Assembly (NCBI GenBank): GCA_963717525.1
Contig: OY970343.1
Location: 960,001 to 1,024,000, forward strand
Length of the DNA stretch: 64,000 bases
Source of the DNA: an uncultured Methanoregulaceae archaeon
GTDB taxonomy: Archaea; Halobacteriota; Methanomicrobia; Methanomicrobiales; Methanospirillaceae
Direction of reading: 5' to 3'
In this document: positions 20,330 to 31,560 of the stretch, one piece after another
Layout: every line of letters starts with the position of its first letter
Numbering within the stretch: the stretch's first letter is position 1
Notes under the pieces: model-generated
Databases searched by the model: none
What the model was told of the DNA's origin: nothing
Seen by the model: only the letters and a program-made list of their open reading frames with translations
Translations under genes and position numbers: made by a program

Positions 20330-22189
20330 ATGGATTTCAAGTACGTACCAAGCACCTGCCCCTACTGTGGCAACGGGTGTGGTGTCAACCTTGTCGTCAA
20401 AGACGGCAAGTTTGTCGGGATCTCCCCGTGGCACCGGAACCCGGTCAACGAGGGTAAGGTCTGTATCCGCGGGAACAAGTCCTACGAGTTCGTGAACAAC
20501 CCTGACCGGCTCGTGTCGCCCCTCATCAAGAAGGGCGACAAGTTCGAGGAAGCCAGCTGGGAAGACGCCTACAAGGAGATCGCCAATGCATTCAAGGCGG
20601 TCAAAGGCGACGCTATCGGTGTTGTTGCTTCCGCCCGGAACAGCAACGAGGACTCTTTTGTCTTAAAGAACTTCGCAGCAAACGTGCTCAAGACCGCAAA
20701 CATCGACTACTGCGGCCGCCGCTGCAACGCCGACGCAGTCAAGGGCCTTGCCGATGCATTCGGTAACGGCGCGACCACCAACTCGCTCGCGGACTTAGGC
20801 GAAGCAAAAGCAATCCTCATTATCGGAAGCAACCCGCTTGAGGAGAACCCGCTTGCAGGCCGCAGGATCATTCTTGCAAAGCTGAACGGTGCAAAGATCA
20901 TCGTCGCTGACGCCCGAACCACGGCAACTGCACGCCTTGCAGACCTCCACATTACCTGCAACCCGGGCACCGGTGTCGCGCTCGTCAACGGCATTATCAC
21001 CGCGATTGTCAAGGCCGGAAAAGAGGACAAGGACTACATCGCAAAGCACACAAAAGACTTCGAGAAGGCAAAGGCAGCAGCAGCATCCTGCACACCCGAT
21101 GCGGTCGCAAAGGCAGCCGGCATCAGCGCTGATGTTGTCACGAAAGCTGCCGAGATCTTTGCTGCAGCCCAGCCCGCGGCAGTCGTCACCTCCGCAGGCG
21201 CAGGCTCCGGCGACCTGATCCGGGCCCTTGCAAACCTCCAGATGGTCACCGGCAATGTCGGCAAGGCCGGCTCAGGTGTCAACCTCCTCCGCGGCAAGAG
21301 CAACGCCCAGGGAGCGGCCGATGTCGGCGCAGTTCCCGGCGAAGGGGGCCTTACTGTCCCGGCCATGATCGACGCGGCAGCAGCTGGCAAGATCAAGGCA
21401 CTTTACGTGGTCGGCGAGAACATCGCCTCTGCAGGCGCCCACGTCTCCGATGCACTCTCCAAACTTGACTTCCTCGTCGTCCAGGACCTTTTCATGACCG
21501 AGACTGCCGCAAAGGCAAACGTCGTCCTGCCCTCTGCCTCTTTTGCAGAGCGCGACGGCACGGTCACCAACGCCGAGCGCCGCGTCCAGCGGATCCGCAA
21601 GGCCATCGAACCTGTCGGCAGCGCGAAGCCCGACTGGCAGATCATAAGCGAGATCGCAAAGGCCATGGGCCACGAGAAGGATTTCGCATTCAAGGACGCG
21701 GAAGCCATCTTTGCAGAGATCGCAAAGATAGTCCCCGCCTACGCGGGCATCACCTACGCGAAACTCGAGAAGCCCGAGGCAATCCAGTGGCCGGCAGCCG
21801 GCGGCGTGTTCGGCACGGCAATCCTGTACACCGACAAGTTTGCCACAAAGGACGGGAAGGCTGCGTTTGCCGCAGTCGAGTACAAGGCCGGCGAGGCCGC
21901 TGGCGGGGAGTTCCCGCTCGCGGTGGCCGCACAGTGGCCTATGGGCACGCTGTCTACGAAAACCGAGTCCATCATGCGCGAGTGGCCCGAGCCGAAAGTC
22001 CATATCAATGTTGAGGACGCTAAAGGACTGGGCATCCTGAACGGCGCTGCCGTCAAGGTCACCTGCAAGGCCGGATCGGTTGAGATGGTCGCCGATGTCA
22101 CCAAGGACATCAAGAAAGGCGTTGTCTCAATGCCTGTCTCCATGGGCGTTGCGGCTGTGAAGATAGAGAAATCCGCAGGAGGGAACTAA
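20330..22189 (+). CDS. Formate dehydrogenase alpha-like molybdopterin oxidoreductase (divergent)
   Basis: CPYCGNGC...C [4Fe-4S], GSNPLEE, RGKSNAQG, QDLFMTET, DGTVTNAERRVQ; active-site segment reads DYCGRRCN. Confidence 0.85.
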   Translation: MDFKYVPSTCPYCGNGCGVNLVVKDGKFVGISPWHRNPVNEGKVCIRGNKSYEFVNNPDRLVSPLIKKGDKFEEASWEDAYKEIANAFKAVKGDAIGVVASARNSNEDSFVLKNFAANVLKTANIDYCGRRCNADAVKGLADAFGNGATTNSLADLGEAKAILIIGSNPLEENPLAGRRIILAKLNGAKIIVADARTTATARLADLHITCNPGTGVALVNGIITAIVKAGKEDKDYIAKHTKDFEKAKAAAASCTPDAVAKAAGISADVVTKAAEIFAAAQPAAVVTSAGAGSGDLIRALANLQMVTGNVGKAGSGVNLLRGKSNAQGAADVGAVPGEGGLTVPAMIDAAAAGKIKALYVVGENIASAGAHVSDALSKLDFLVVQDLFMTETAAKANVVLPSASFAERDGTVTNAERRVQRIRKAIEPVGSAKPDWQIISEIAKAMGHEKDFAFKDAEAIFAEIAKIVPAYAGITYAKLEKPEAIQWPAAGGVFGTAILYTDKFATKDGKAAFAAVEYKAGEAAGGEFPLAVAAQWPMGTLSTKTESIMREWPEPKVHINVEDAKGLGILNGAAVKVTCKAGSVEMVADVTKDIKKGVVSMPVSMGVAAVKIEKSAGGN

Positions 22190-22191
22190 CC

Positions 22192-23445
22192 ATGACAAAG
22201 AAAGGCGATATGCTCTACGCGTGGACCAACGACGCAGAGATCCAGAAGAAGGCCGAGCTCGGTGGCGCGGTTACCTCCCTCTGGAAACACGCGCTCGAGA
22301 CCAAGACCATCGACGGGGTCCTCGTCATCTCCAAGGGTAAGGACCTCTACGATGCAAAGCCGACGCTCGTGACCGACCCGGCTCAGCTCGCAAACACGGC
22401 AGGCTCGCTCCACTGCGGTACGCTTCTCCTGCCCAAACTCATCAAGAAGTACTTCGATGGTGCGGCAGCCATGAAGATCGGTGTCACCGTCAAGGGCTGC
22501 GATGCGATGGCGTTCTACGAACTGGCCAAGCGCAAGCAGATCAACCTCGATAATATCTTCATGATCGGTGTCAACTGCGGTGGATCGGTCAGCCCCGTTC
22601 TCGCCCGCAGGATGATCGCCGACAAGTACGGCGTCGACCCGGACACAGTCCACAAGGAAGAGATCGACAAGGGCCAGTTCATCATCGAGTACGAAGGCGG
22701 CCACAAGGGTATCACTGTCGACGAGCTCGAAGAGCACGGCTACGGCCGCAGGTCCAACTGCCGCCGCTGCAAGATGAAAGTGCCCCGGCAGGCAGACCTC
22801 GCGTGCGGTAACTGGGGCGTTATCGGTCCCCGTGCGGGAAAAGCTACCTTTGTCGAGGTATGCAGTGAGAAGGGCGCACACCTCCTTGACAGCGCAGTCA
22901 AGAAGGGCATCCTTGCAACCGAGGCAGCAAACCCCAAGGGCCTTGAGATCCGTGGGAAAGTCGAGGGAGCAATGCTCAAGCTCGGCGAGAAGTGGCGCAA
23001 GAAAGATTTCGAAGGGCTGGGCGACGGCAAAGACCGGTTAAAGAAGATCATGGCCGAGACCTCACGGTGCATCAAGTGCTACTCGTGTATCTCCGCCTGC
23101 CCGATCTGCTACTGTGTCGACTGCACCACGAAGAACCCGACGTATGTCAAACCCGGCGAGGTCCCGCCAAACTTCATGTTCCACCTCATCCGGTTCGCCC
23201 ACATTGCAGACTCCTGCGTGAACTGCGGCCAGTGCCAGGAACTCTGTCCTGCGGAGATCCCGAATGCCCTCTTCATGCACGCCCAGCAGGTCGAGCTCGA
23301 GAAGATGTTCGGCCATGTCCCGGGTGTCAACATGGAACTGCCACTCATGGCGTTTGTCGAAGAAAGAGAAGAGCGGGCCCGGCTCGGAAACACCGGCAGC
23401 GACATGATCTACGAAAACGTGTTCAGCCCGGTGCCGAAGAAATAA
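22192..23445 (+). CDS. fdhB: F420-dependent formate dehydrogenase beta subunit (FrhB/FdhB family)
   Basis: GGAVT, AGSLHCG, KGCD, GRRSNCRRC, ADLACGNWG, two ferredoxin CxxCxxCxxxCP motifs. Confidence 0.92.
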   Translation: MTKKGDMLYAWTNDAEIQKKAELGGAVTSLWKHALETKTIDGVLVISKGKDLYDAKPTLVTDPAQLANTAGSLHCGTLLLPKLIKKYFDGAAAMKIGVTVKGCDAMAFYELAKRKQINLDNIFMIGVNCGGSVSPVLARRMIADKYGVDPDTVHKEEIDKGQFIIEYEGGHKGITVDELEEHGYGRRSNCRRCKMKVPRQADLACGNWGVIGPRAGKATFVEVCSEKGAHLLDSAVKKGILATEAANPKGLEIRGKVEGAMLKLGEKWRKKDFEGLGDGKDRLKKIMAETSRCIKCYSCISACPICYCVDCTTKNPTYVKPGEVPPNFMFHLIRFAHIADSCVNCGQCQELCPAEIPNALFMHAQQVELEKMFGHVPGVNMELPLMAFVEEREERARLGNTGSDMIYENVFSPVPKK

Positions 23446-23623
23446 TCTCCTCTTTTTTTAGGAAACACTTTTTTTTGAAGGCAGGGATTCTTCAAAGCCT
23501 GCGATGTGTGGTTTTTTACGATATCGTAGATTACAGGCTACGTTACAAGAAAAACAGTTCCGGGTTCAAATGACGCCTAATATCTTATCCGTAGTTAGCA
23601 GTCAAAATTCATTGAAAACTAAA

Positions 23624-23782
23624 ACGATGCCTCCCCGCCTCAGGGCCCCTCGCGGGGCACGGCGGGGCGAGAAGGTGTTTCGGTAGCGATTCCATCACAT
23701 TTCGGTGCCCGAACATTGTCTGATTCAATAGGTTTTTAGTCCCTTGCCCGCCGCGGGGGCGCCCCGTCGGGGGCGGCGGGAG
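23624..23782. repeat. Paired-hairpin dispersed repeat, copy 4
   Basis: CCCCGCC-TCAGG-GCCCC-TCGC-GGGGC-AC-GGCGGGG ... CCCGCC-GCGGGGGC-GCCCC-GTCG-GGGGC-GGCGGG. Confidence 0.85.
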
Positions 23783-23846
23783 TTATCACATCACGATGAG
23801 TATGTCTGTTCATCTTGTCGTTTGAATAACGATATCAAAATCTGAA

Positions 23847-24884
23847 TTATAGCCCATGCATCTTCCGGAACAACCGGACCCGGGCCCGGGTCGCATCTGT
23901 TGGTTCCGGCACCGGCCCGGTGCTCCGTTCTCCTCTCGCGGCTCGGAGAATGGCGTTGATAGCTGCGGGGTGGGAGGGCCCATACCCGCCTTCGAGGACA
24001 AAAGCAGGAGAAAGACCGGTTCCGTCAAGCATGAGGCTGGTGAGTGTTCCAAAATCTGCCGGGACAAGGCCCATCACGCTCAGCGGGTCGCCCGTCATCG
24101 CGTCCTGCCCGGCCGAAACGATGAGAAGATCCGGTCTGGCCCGTTCGAGCACCGGAAGGAAGAGCTCCGTAAAGACATGCACATAATCCCCGATAGTGCT
24201 TCCGGGGAGCAGCGGGGCGTTCACCGTGAAGCCTGCACCGTTTCCGGAACCGGTCTCGGTGGCCGTACCGGAGAGGGGGAAGATGCCCTCCGCATGGACC
24301 GAGCAGTACAGCACCCGGTCGCTCTTTCTGAAGATCTCCTGGGTCCCATTCCCATGGTGAACGTCCCAGTCGACAATCGCGACCCGGTCCACGGAACCAA
24401 GCGCCTGTGCCGCGGCTACCGCTGCATTGTTGATGAGACAGAACCCCATCGCCCAGCCGGGAAGGGCATGGTGACCCGGCGGCCGGACAAGCGCAAAGGA
24501 ACTTTTCCCGTCAATCGCACGCGCCGCTGCCATGCATGCCGCCCCGGCGGCATAGGTGGCAACGCTGTACGACCACGGGGTGAAATAGGTGTCTGCATCG
24601 ATAAAACCTGACACCACCGGGGCTCCCGGGGCCTGCCCCGCGGTGCTCCCCGCTCTGCCACCCGGATCTTCAGGAACTGAACGGGGAGAGAGGCCGTGCA
24701 GCCATGCAAGGTAGCCGGGCTGATGGACGCGTGCAAGATCTTCTTCAGCCGCAGCCACGGGATCGAGTTTGGAGATGCCGGCCGGAAGGCGGGCTAGAAT
24801 CGCATGGAGACGATCGGCAGATTCAGGATGGCCCGGGCAGTCGTGAAGATCAAAGACCGGCCCGGTGATGACGGCGCATTGCAT
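23847..24884 (-). CDS. Histone deacetylase-family amidohydrolase
   Basis: HPE, RPPGHHA, GFCLINN, DWDVHHGNGTQ, SAGQD, LEGGY. Confidence 0.93.
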   Translation of the reverse strand: MQCAVITGPVFDLHDCPGHPESADRLHAILARLPAGISKLDPVAAAEEDLARVHQPGYLAWLHGLSPRSVPEDPGGRAGSTAGQAPGAPVVSGFIDADTYFTPWSYSVATYAAGAACMAAARAIDGKSSFALVRPPGHHALPGWAMGFCLINNAAVAAAQALGSVDRVAIVDWDVHHGNGTQEIFRKSDRVLYCSVHAEGIFPLSGTATETGSGNGAGFTVNAPLLPGSTIGDYVHVFTELFLPVLERARPDLLIVSAGQDAMTGDPLSVMGLVPADFGTLTSLMLDGTGLSPAFVLEGGYGPSHPAAINAILRAARGERSTGPVPEPTDATRARVRLFRKMHGL

Positions 24885-24995
24885 GCGGAATAACGGCCCC
24901 GGATCGGATGAGGAGATGATCGGCCGGTGACCAGATGAACATTATGGCTAGGGAGACCTGCAGTTTAGTTGGAGATTACAAAAAAAAGAATAAAA

Positions 24996-25322
24996 TTATT
25001 TCGGGGACTTCCGGATCATCCGGACGTTCTGGAGCGTGACCTGCCCGTGCTCCACAAATTTTTCGATGTCCGGGAGAACGGCCATGATCTTCTCTTCCTC
25101 ATCCACGACCTCGATGGTCACGGGGAGGTCGAGTGAGAGCCGGAGCACGTCCACTGTGTGGATTACACTCTCATGGCCAAACCCGGCCATGCCCCGCAGG
25201 ACGGTGCAGCCGAGAAACCCTTTCCTCTTAAAATAGTCCACCAGGTACCTGTACGCCGGCCTGCCTTCGATCGTTGCCGATTCCGCGATGTAGATCTTAA
25301 GTAATATTCCATCCATAAGCAT
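24996..25322 (-). CDS. DUF190 (PII-like) protein
   Basis: LKIYIAE, GCTVLRGMAGFG, LSLDLPVTIEVVD; usual crcB neighbour. Confidence 0.88.
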   Translation of the reverse strand: MLMDGILLKIYIAESATIEGRPAYRYLVDYFKRKGFLGCTVLRGMAGFGHESVIHTVDVLRLSLDLPVTIEVVDEEEKIMAVLPDIEKFVEHGQVTLQNVRMIRKSPK

Positions 25323-25339
25323 GCTCCCGTCCACCCCCG

Positions 25340-25699
25340 TCACAAGGCGACCCACCCGCCGCAGGCCAGGTATCCGGCAGCAACGGCAAGGAGTCCTCCC
25401 CCGATACTGATCGCAGTATATGTTGCAAGGGTGCGATAATCATGATCCTCCAGCATCCTGAAGGTCTCGTACGAGAAGGTCGAAAATGTCGTAAATCCCC
25501 CAAGGCCGCCGGTACCGATCAGGTAATACAGGTCTCCCTGAACCTGCGAGAAAACGAGGAGGGAGAAGGCAAAACTCCCGGCGATGTTGACAAGCAGCGT
25601 CCCGGCCGGGATGCCCCGGAACGGCTGTATGCGCGAGAGGACAAAGCGCAGCACCGACCCGGCTGCTCCCCCGAGACCGACGAGGATGATCGGGTCCAT
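25340..25699 (-). CDS. crcB: Fluoride channel Fluc/CrcB (second copy)
   Basis: GGAAGSVLRF, GTLLVN, GGLGGFTTFSTF. Confidence 0.92.
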   Translation of the reverse strand: MDPIILVGLGGAAGSVLRFVLSRIQPFRGIPAGTLLVNIAGSFAFSLLVFSQVQGDLYYLIGTGGLGGFTTFSTFSYETFRMLEDHDYRTLATYTAISIGGGLLAVAAGYLACGGWVAL

Positions 25700-25700
25700 C

Positions 25701-26072
25701 TCAGTCAAACCTCCCGTGGAGGATCACGAGGCGCCCGCACCAGATCGCGGCAAAGCCGAGGAGGAATGTTGCCACGAGGTTTACTGCACCGAGGACCGGC
25801 CCGGCAGCAAAGGACTGCACTTCAAGCGCCGAGAACGTGGTAAAAGACCCGATGATCCCGACCGCGCAAAACTGTCTCGTGGTCCGGGAGAACCGGCCCA
25901 GGTACATCGATTCGTACATGAAGATGCCCAGAAAGAAGCAGCCGACCGTGTTCACGATCAGCGTGCCGGGCAGGGAATCGACGACCGCGGTATCGGTGAG
26001 ATACCGGAGTACGGCGCCGATAAACCCGCCGAACGCGACGGCAAGGAAAGGGGTAAAATCCTCTTTTACCAT
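25701..26072 (-). CDS. crcB: Fluoride channel Fluc/CrcB (first copy)
   Basis: GGFIGAVLRY, GTLIVN, GIIGSFTTFS. Confidence 0.92.
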   Translation of the reverse strand: MVKEDFTPFLAVAFGGFIGAVLRYLTDTAVVDSLPGTLIVNTVGCFFLGIFMYESMYLGRFSRTTRQFCAVGIIGSFTTFSALEVQSFAAGPVLGAVNLVATFLLGFAAIWCGRLVILHGRFD

Positions 26073-26224
26073 ACGGGATCCTCCCCAATAGCAGCACAGA
26101 GGACCGGGATCCGGGTATTTTCCCGGGCAGACACTCTCGACGTGTCCTGCCGGACAAGCGCGAGACGCAGGTCACGGAAGGTTAAATCTGGCGACATCAA
26201 ATGAAGCCTCCAATCATCATGTCA

Positions 26225-26278
26225 GGGTAGAAGTCATCAGTCACGGGAGTGACGGTTGGAGGCGGACTTCATCGCCGT
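26225..26278 (-). ncRNA. Fluoride riboswitch (crcB motif) upstream of the crcB operon
   Basis: Minus strand reads GGCGATGAAGTCCGCC-TCCAACC-GTCAC-TCCC-GTGAC-TGATGACTTCTAC: P1 GGCG/CGCC and pseudoknot GAAGTC/GACTTC. Confidence 0.9.
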
Positions 26279-26406
26279 TAAAAAAAATTGGCGTTTATGG
26301 TAATTGAAGATAACGGAGGTGAGGAGAGACCTCAGCGCGCCCACAGGTTGAGCGCATTCCAAAAGAAAACTATTTGTGACCCAACCGTCATCTCTGATCT
26401 GTCAGG

Positions 26407-26740
<334 letters not shown>

Positions 26741-26742
26741 CC

Positions 26743-28783
26743 ATGGCGCCCGGTGCCGATCCTTCAAATGAATTCCTCGCAAAGCACCTCCGGATCACCT
26801 GCGAGCACATCGACCGGCTACTTGGCGAGATCGAAGGTGTCCTCAACGAGTCCTCATCCCGAACCGCATTTCCGGAGTACGTCAGGGACATTACCCAGGC
26901 GCAGCAGAAGACGATCGAGGATTATATCACGCGCATCCGCGCCCGGCTCGTCCAGGTCATGGAAGGGCAGGGGATTCGCACTAACCCGCCGGGCATCTTT
27001 GTCTCGAGGGCCGTTCATGCCAGGCTATACGCCATCGATGTTGCAGCCGAAGAAATCAAACCACAATATATGATGGGGTTTGGCAATATCCCCGATACCA
27101 CCGCGACAGAACTCAATGGCATTGCAGGGGAGTTGCAGGCGCTTGTCTCACGCCTTGGCCAGTATCTCGGCGAAGGCGCCGGGCAGGATTTCCGGGAACG
27201 GCTGCAGCGCCTTGAAGGGGCCGGTAATGACCTCGACCTCCTCTCCCGGATCGAACGGGTTGTCGCGAAACGGGGACTGGTGGAATTCCGGGGGACGATC
27301 GACGCGATCCTCGACCGGGCCGAGGACCGGAGTTTTGAGATCGCGGTCTTCGGGCGTGTCAGCTCCGGCAAGTCGTCGCTCCTCAACGCAGTCATCGGTA
27401 CTGACGTGCTCCCCGTCGGTGTGACCCCGGTTACAGCTGTCCCCACGCGCATCATCCACGGGGAAAAACCATCACTCACGGTATCGTTTGCCGATGCACC
27501 GGCAAGAACGTTCGGGATCCAGCAGCTCGGGGAGTTCGCAACCGAACAGCACAACCCCAATAACGTAAAGCATGTGACACGCGTTACCGTAACTATCCCG
27601 GTATCGCGCCTCTCCCAGGGGGTTTCCTTTGTCGATACGCCGGGTCTCGGTTCACTTGCAACAGGGGGTGCTGCCGAAACTCTTGCGTACCTGCCCCGGT
27701 GCGATCTTGGGGTGGTCCTGATCGATGCGGGATCCACGCTGACCGAAGAAGACGTGCGGACCATCCGTGCATTGCAGGAAGCTGCCATTCCCGCACATGT
27801 CCTGCTCAGTAAAGCAGATCTCCTCGACCGGCCTGACTGCGAAAAGACCCTCGGGTACATCAGGCAGCACATAGTCTCAGAAACCGGCCTTGACCTGCCG
27901 GTCCACCCGGTCAGTGTCCACCCCTCGCACCGGAAGCTGCTCGACCGGTGGTTCGATGAGGAGATCCTGCCCGGTCATGAGCCACGCGCAGGATCTCCGG
28001 GCCACTTCGTTACAGAGAAAGATTGGTGCGCTGCGGGAATCTCTTGTGTATTCCCTGCAGAACCAGATCCGGAGGAGCCGGCACGCACCTGCGGGAAATG
28101 CAGAAACCACCCGGGATGTCGAAACCCGTTTGCGAAGGGCGACCGGTCTTATCGTCGAGACCGGTAAAGCCTGCCGGGAAAAGGCTAATGCGATGAACGG
28201 GAAGGTTTTTGAAACCTGGATCGCAGCTGCTGCAGGCGCCACAAACGAAGGGCCTGAGGGCGCTGACAGAAAGATTTCCGACAAAGATGTGGTCCGCACC
28301 GTTGTTCTCCAGACCGTTCAGGAGGGGATAAAGGATATCCAGGACCTCGTCGAGACCCTTGCCACCAGCCTGCAGGAGGAGCTCGTAAAAAGCGCTTCAG
28401 ATCTCGCCATTGCCGATGTGCCCGGCGATAATGAATTCCTCCTGCTGGTCCGGGATATGCCGTCGTTCGATCCCGGAACAATCCAGGTCACGGTGCCCCC
28501 GTACGCATTCACTGCGATGCTCGGGACGCACTTTGGAGAAAAGCTGCTGGCACGGAAGATACACCGGCAGTTCGACGAATCTTTCGGATCGGTCATTGAA
28601 GGTTACTTCAGGATCCTCAGGGAATGGTCAAGCCAGGTGACGTACCAGATGGGCCGGAAATTCGAGACCTATGCCGAACGATACCGGGCACAGGCAGTAC
28701 AATCACCCCAGGGACAGGATCTGACGACGGATGAGATGAAAGCTATTGATGAAGATCTGAAAGTTCTCGGAGAGAATCCTTAA
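26743..28783 (+). CDS. Bacterial-type dynamin-like GTPase (+1 frameshift at ~27970)
   Basis: G1 GRVSSGKS, G2 GVTPVT, G3 DTPG, G4 SKAD; helical C-terminal part continues in ORF 27890-28783. Confidence 0.82.
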
Positions 28784-28929
28784 AAAACGCCTCAGTCGCA
28801 GCAGCGTAAGGCATCGGCCGGATCCTGCGGTGTCCCTGTGCCGGAAGCATGCTCCACCAGGCACACCCCCGGATCCCGCCCCAAACAGTTCCCGAGGGGG
28901 GCAACCCCGGTAAAAATTATGAGAAATGG

Positions 28930-30553
28930 TTATGAGAAGCCGGACGAGAGCCCCTCGCGGATATCCTTCTTCTTTTCAGTATTGAGCCGGGCCACGTAGT
29001 CCTCGAACCGGTGGATCCGGGTGCTGACCGGGAAGGGGATGCCGATCGTGGAGATGATCGCGTCGCCCTGGTCGAGCGTCTGGATCTCGATCTCCATCTT
29101 CGATAGGTCCTGCTTGGCGCTCCCGATGATAATGTCGCGGTCGCCCCGGTCGCCGAGGCCCATAACGACAAACGTATTGATCTGGGCAAGCACCTTCGCG
29201 TCGACATTCTTTGGCTGCTGGGTGATGACACAGAGGCCCACGCCGAACTTCCTCCCTTCCATCGCGCACTCGCGGAAGATCTGGGTGGACGAGCCGCCGG
29301 ACCCGAGCACCCGTTGCGCCTCTTCGATGGTGATGAGCACTTTCTTCTGTTCGGCGGGTTCGGTTTCAAGGCCGAACTCCTCTGCCGATGCACGGTGGGC
29401 CTGCATGATCCTTCGTGTGATCATTGAGAGGATCAGCAGCTCGCTGCGCTCACCCATCCGGGGGATATCGATGAGGACGACCTTGTTCTCGTGGAGGTAC
29501 CGGAGGATCTCCGGGATGGCTGACCCGGACTCGCGGAAGAATTTCCGGTTGCCCTGCACGATGTTCCTGAGGCGCCTCTGGATGACCCCCAGCGTGGCGG
29601 GGTGAAACGATCCCAGTTTATTTGCAATATCCGGGTATGGCCCGTTATACTGGTTGTTTTTAACGTCATCCGGCAGCGTCTCAACGTTGACCGAGAGGAA
29701 GAAGGGGATAAGCTCTTTTCCCGGGATTTCATCGAGCGTTTCGATCAGGTCGCGCTGGGCCTGCGACGAATCATACAGGAGGTTTAAGTCCGTCATCCGG
29801 AAATCATCGTAGTCAAGCCAGAGGCTGGAAAGCGAGTACTTCTTCCGGTCGCTTTCGCTGATGGTAAAGACAGCAAGCCCGTCTTTTCCCGCACCATAGT
29901 GGACGAGCCCGAGCGTGCGCTCGCCCGTGCTCGACTGCCCGCCCCGCACGTATTCGCCGTGGGGATCGACCATTAAAAGGCCGAACTTCTGCATCTTCAT
30001 GCAGGAGGCGCAGAAGGTCTTCATGAAATTGGACTTGCCCATGCCGGTGGTCGCAAAGACGCCCATGTGCTGGGGGAGCACCTTGCTGTGGATCTTGACC
30101 GGTACGTCACGGAGCACTCCCTGCCCGGTCCTCATGACACCGACTTCGATGTCTCCCATGACTTTTGTGAGGAAGACAAAGTCCTCTGCTTTTGGGATCG
30201 TCACCGGGGAGAACTTGGTCGGCACCGTGCGGGACTTCCTGAAGACCCCGCTCTCATCGACAAAACCGAGCGGGACCGCTTCAACCCCGATGAAAACGTC
30301 CTCACCAAGGCCATAGAAATGCTCGCCGAAGGGGCGGGTATCCCAGTTCTGGTCGGCAAAATTGCTCTCATGGATAAGGTCGCTCACTTTTGCATAGAAG
30401 GAATACCCCTTCGTCCTGTCCGTGATCTTCAGGATGTCGCCGACAAAGAGGGTTTCTGTATGGGGGATAATAAACCGGTACGAGAGTACGCTTCCGGCCA
30501 ATCAGCCGGAATTTGGTCGTATCCTCATGTTCAGTATCGTTCAAAGTCACCAT
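28930..30553 (-). CDS. herA: HerA helicase/translocase (+1 frameshift near 30492)
   Basis: HMGVFATTGMGKS, DPHGEY, IEEAQ, EGRKFGVG, TQQP; last gene of mre11-rad50-nurA-herA. Confidence 0.9.
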
Positions 30554-31560
30554 GTAAATCACCAAAAAGGTCTTCAAAGAGCCGGTTACGGATTCCCTGT
30601 TTTAAAAGGCCGGCTTTTATATCCTGCTGTACCCGGGTCACCAGCGCTTCATCGATGAGGACGGCACGGTGGGCGTCGAGGAGCGGGTAGGGATACCCGG
30701 GGATTCTCCCGTCATCAGCACACGCGGCGAGGGCCTGCATGGTGGCCGCTGCCGTCTGTTCGTCCGCACCCTTAGGGAGTTCGATCTTCATCGGCCTTAC
30801 CACGTGCGGGTGGAGCGATGCCACGTAGATCTCCCCGTGCCTCCCCTGCCGGGTACTCGGTGTTGTCGAGGAGGTGGGGATCGATCTTTGTCCACCACGG
30901 GCCGGTGATGCCGGACTGTCCGGCAAGGCCCCTGAGCGCGGGAAGGAGCGGGTGCCCGCCGCCCCACGTGGCCCGGGTACGCTTCGCCACTGCGGCGAGA
31001 AGAAGATCGCGTTCCCCTGCTTTTTTTATGATGTCGGCGAGGACCGGTTCGTGGTTCTGGCTGGTGACCCGGAGTGCGCCGTCGATGAGCAGGAGGGAGC
31101 CTCCCGGCAGGGTGGCCGCGGTCTGTAAGGTGACCCAGTACTCGAGCGTGTCGCGGAGGGCTTCTGCAGCACGGTCGGGATCGCTGTTGTCCAGGCCCTT
31201 GTGCGGGGGAATGCCGAAACACTCCCGGTACAGGTCATCGAAGTCATAATTACGGTGAAGGGGGCCGATGGTCACGAGCGTGAGGGGGGATATGGCACGG
31301 CCGGACCTGACGTTGCCGGCAAACGTTGTCCGGCCGGCCCGGATAGCGGCAAGAGCGATACTTCCCCCTTCAAGGACCATCGCGTTGCTCCCGTCCACTG
31401 CACTCACGGTACCTGAGGGCCCGGGGGGAATGGGGCGGAAGTCGTCCCGGTCCATGCCGCTCACCCCGGCAAACCGTGCCACGATGTCTTCGGGGACATG
31501 TGCGGCAATCTTCCCGAGTGCAGAATTCACGGATGTTTCGTACAACCGCCGGTTATCCAT
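30531..31560 (-). CDS. nurA: NurA nuclease (+1 frameshift at ~30850)
   Basis: AVDGS, LIDGAL, AVAKRT; second frame GYPYPLLDAH. Confidence 0.9.
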
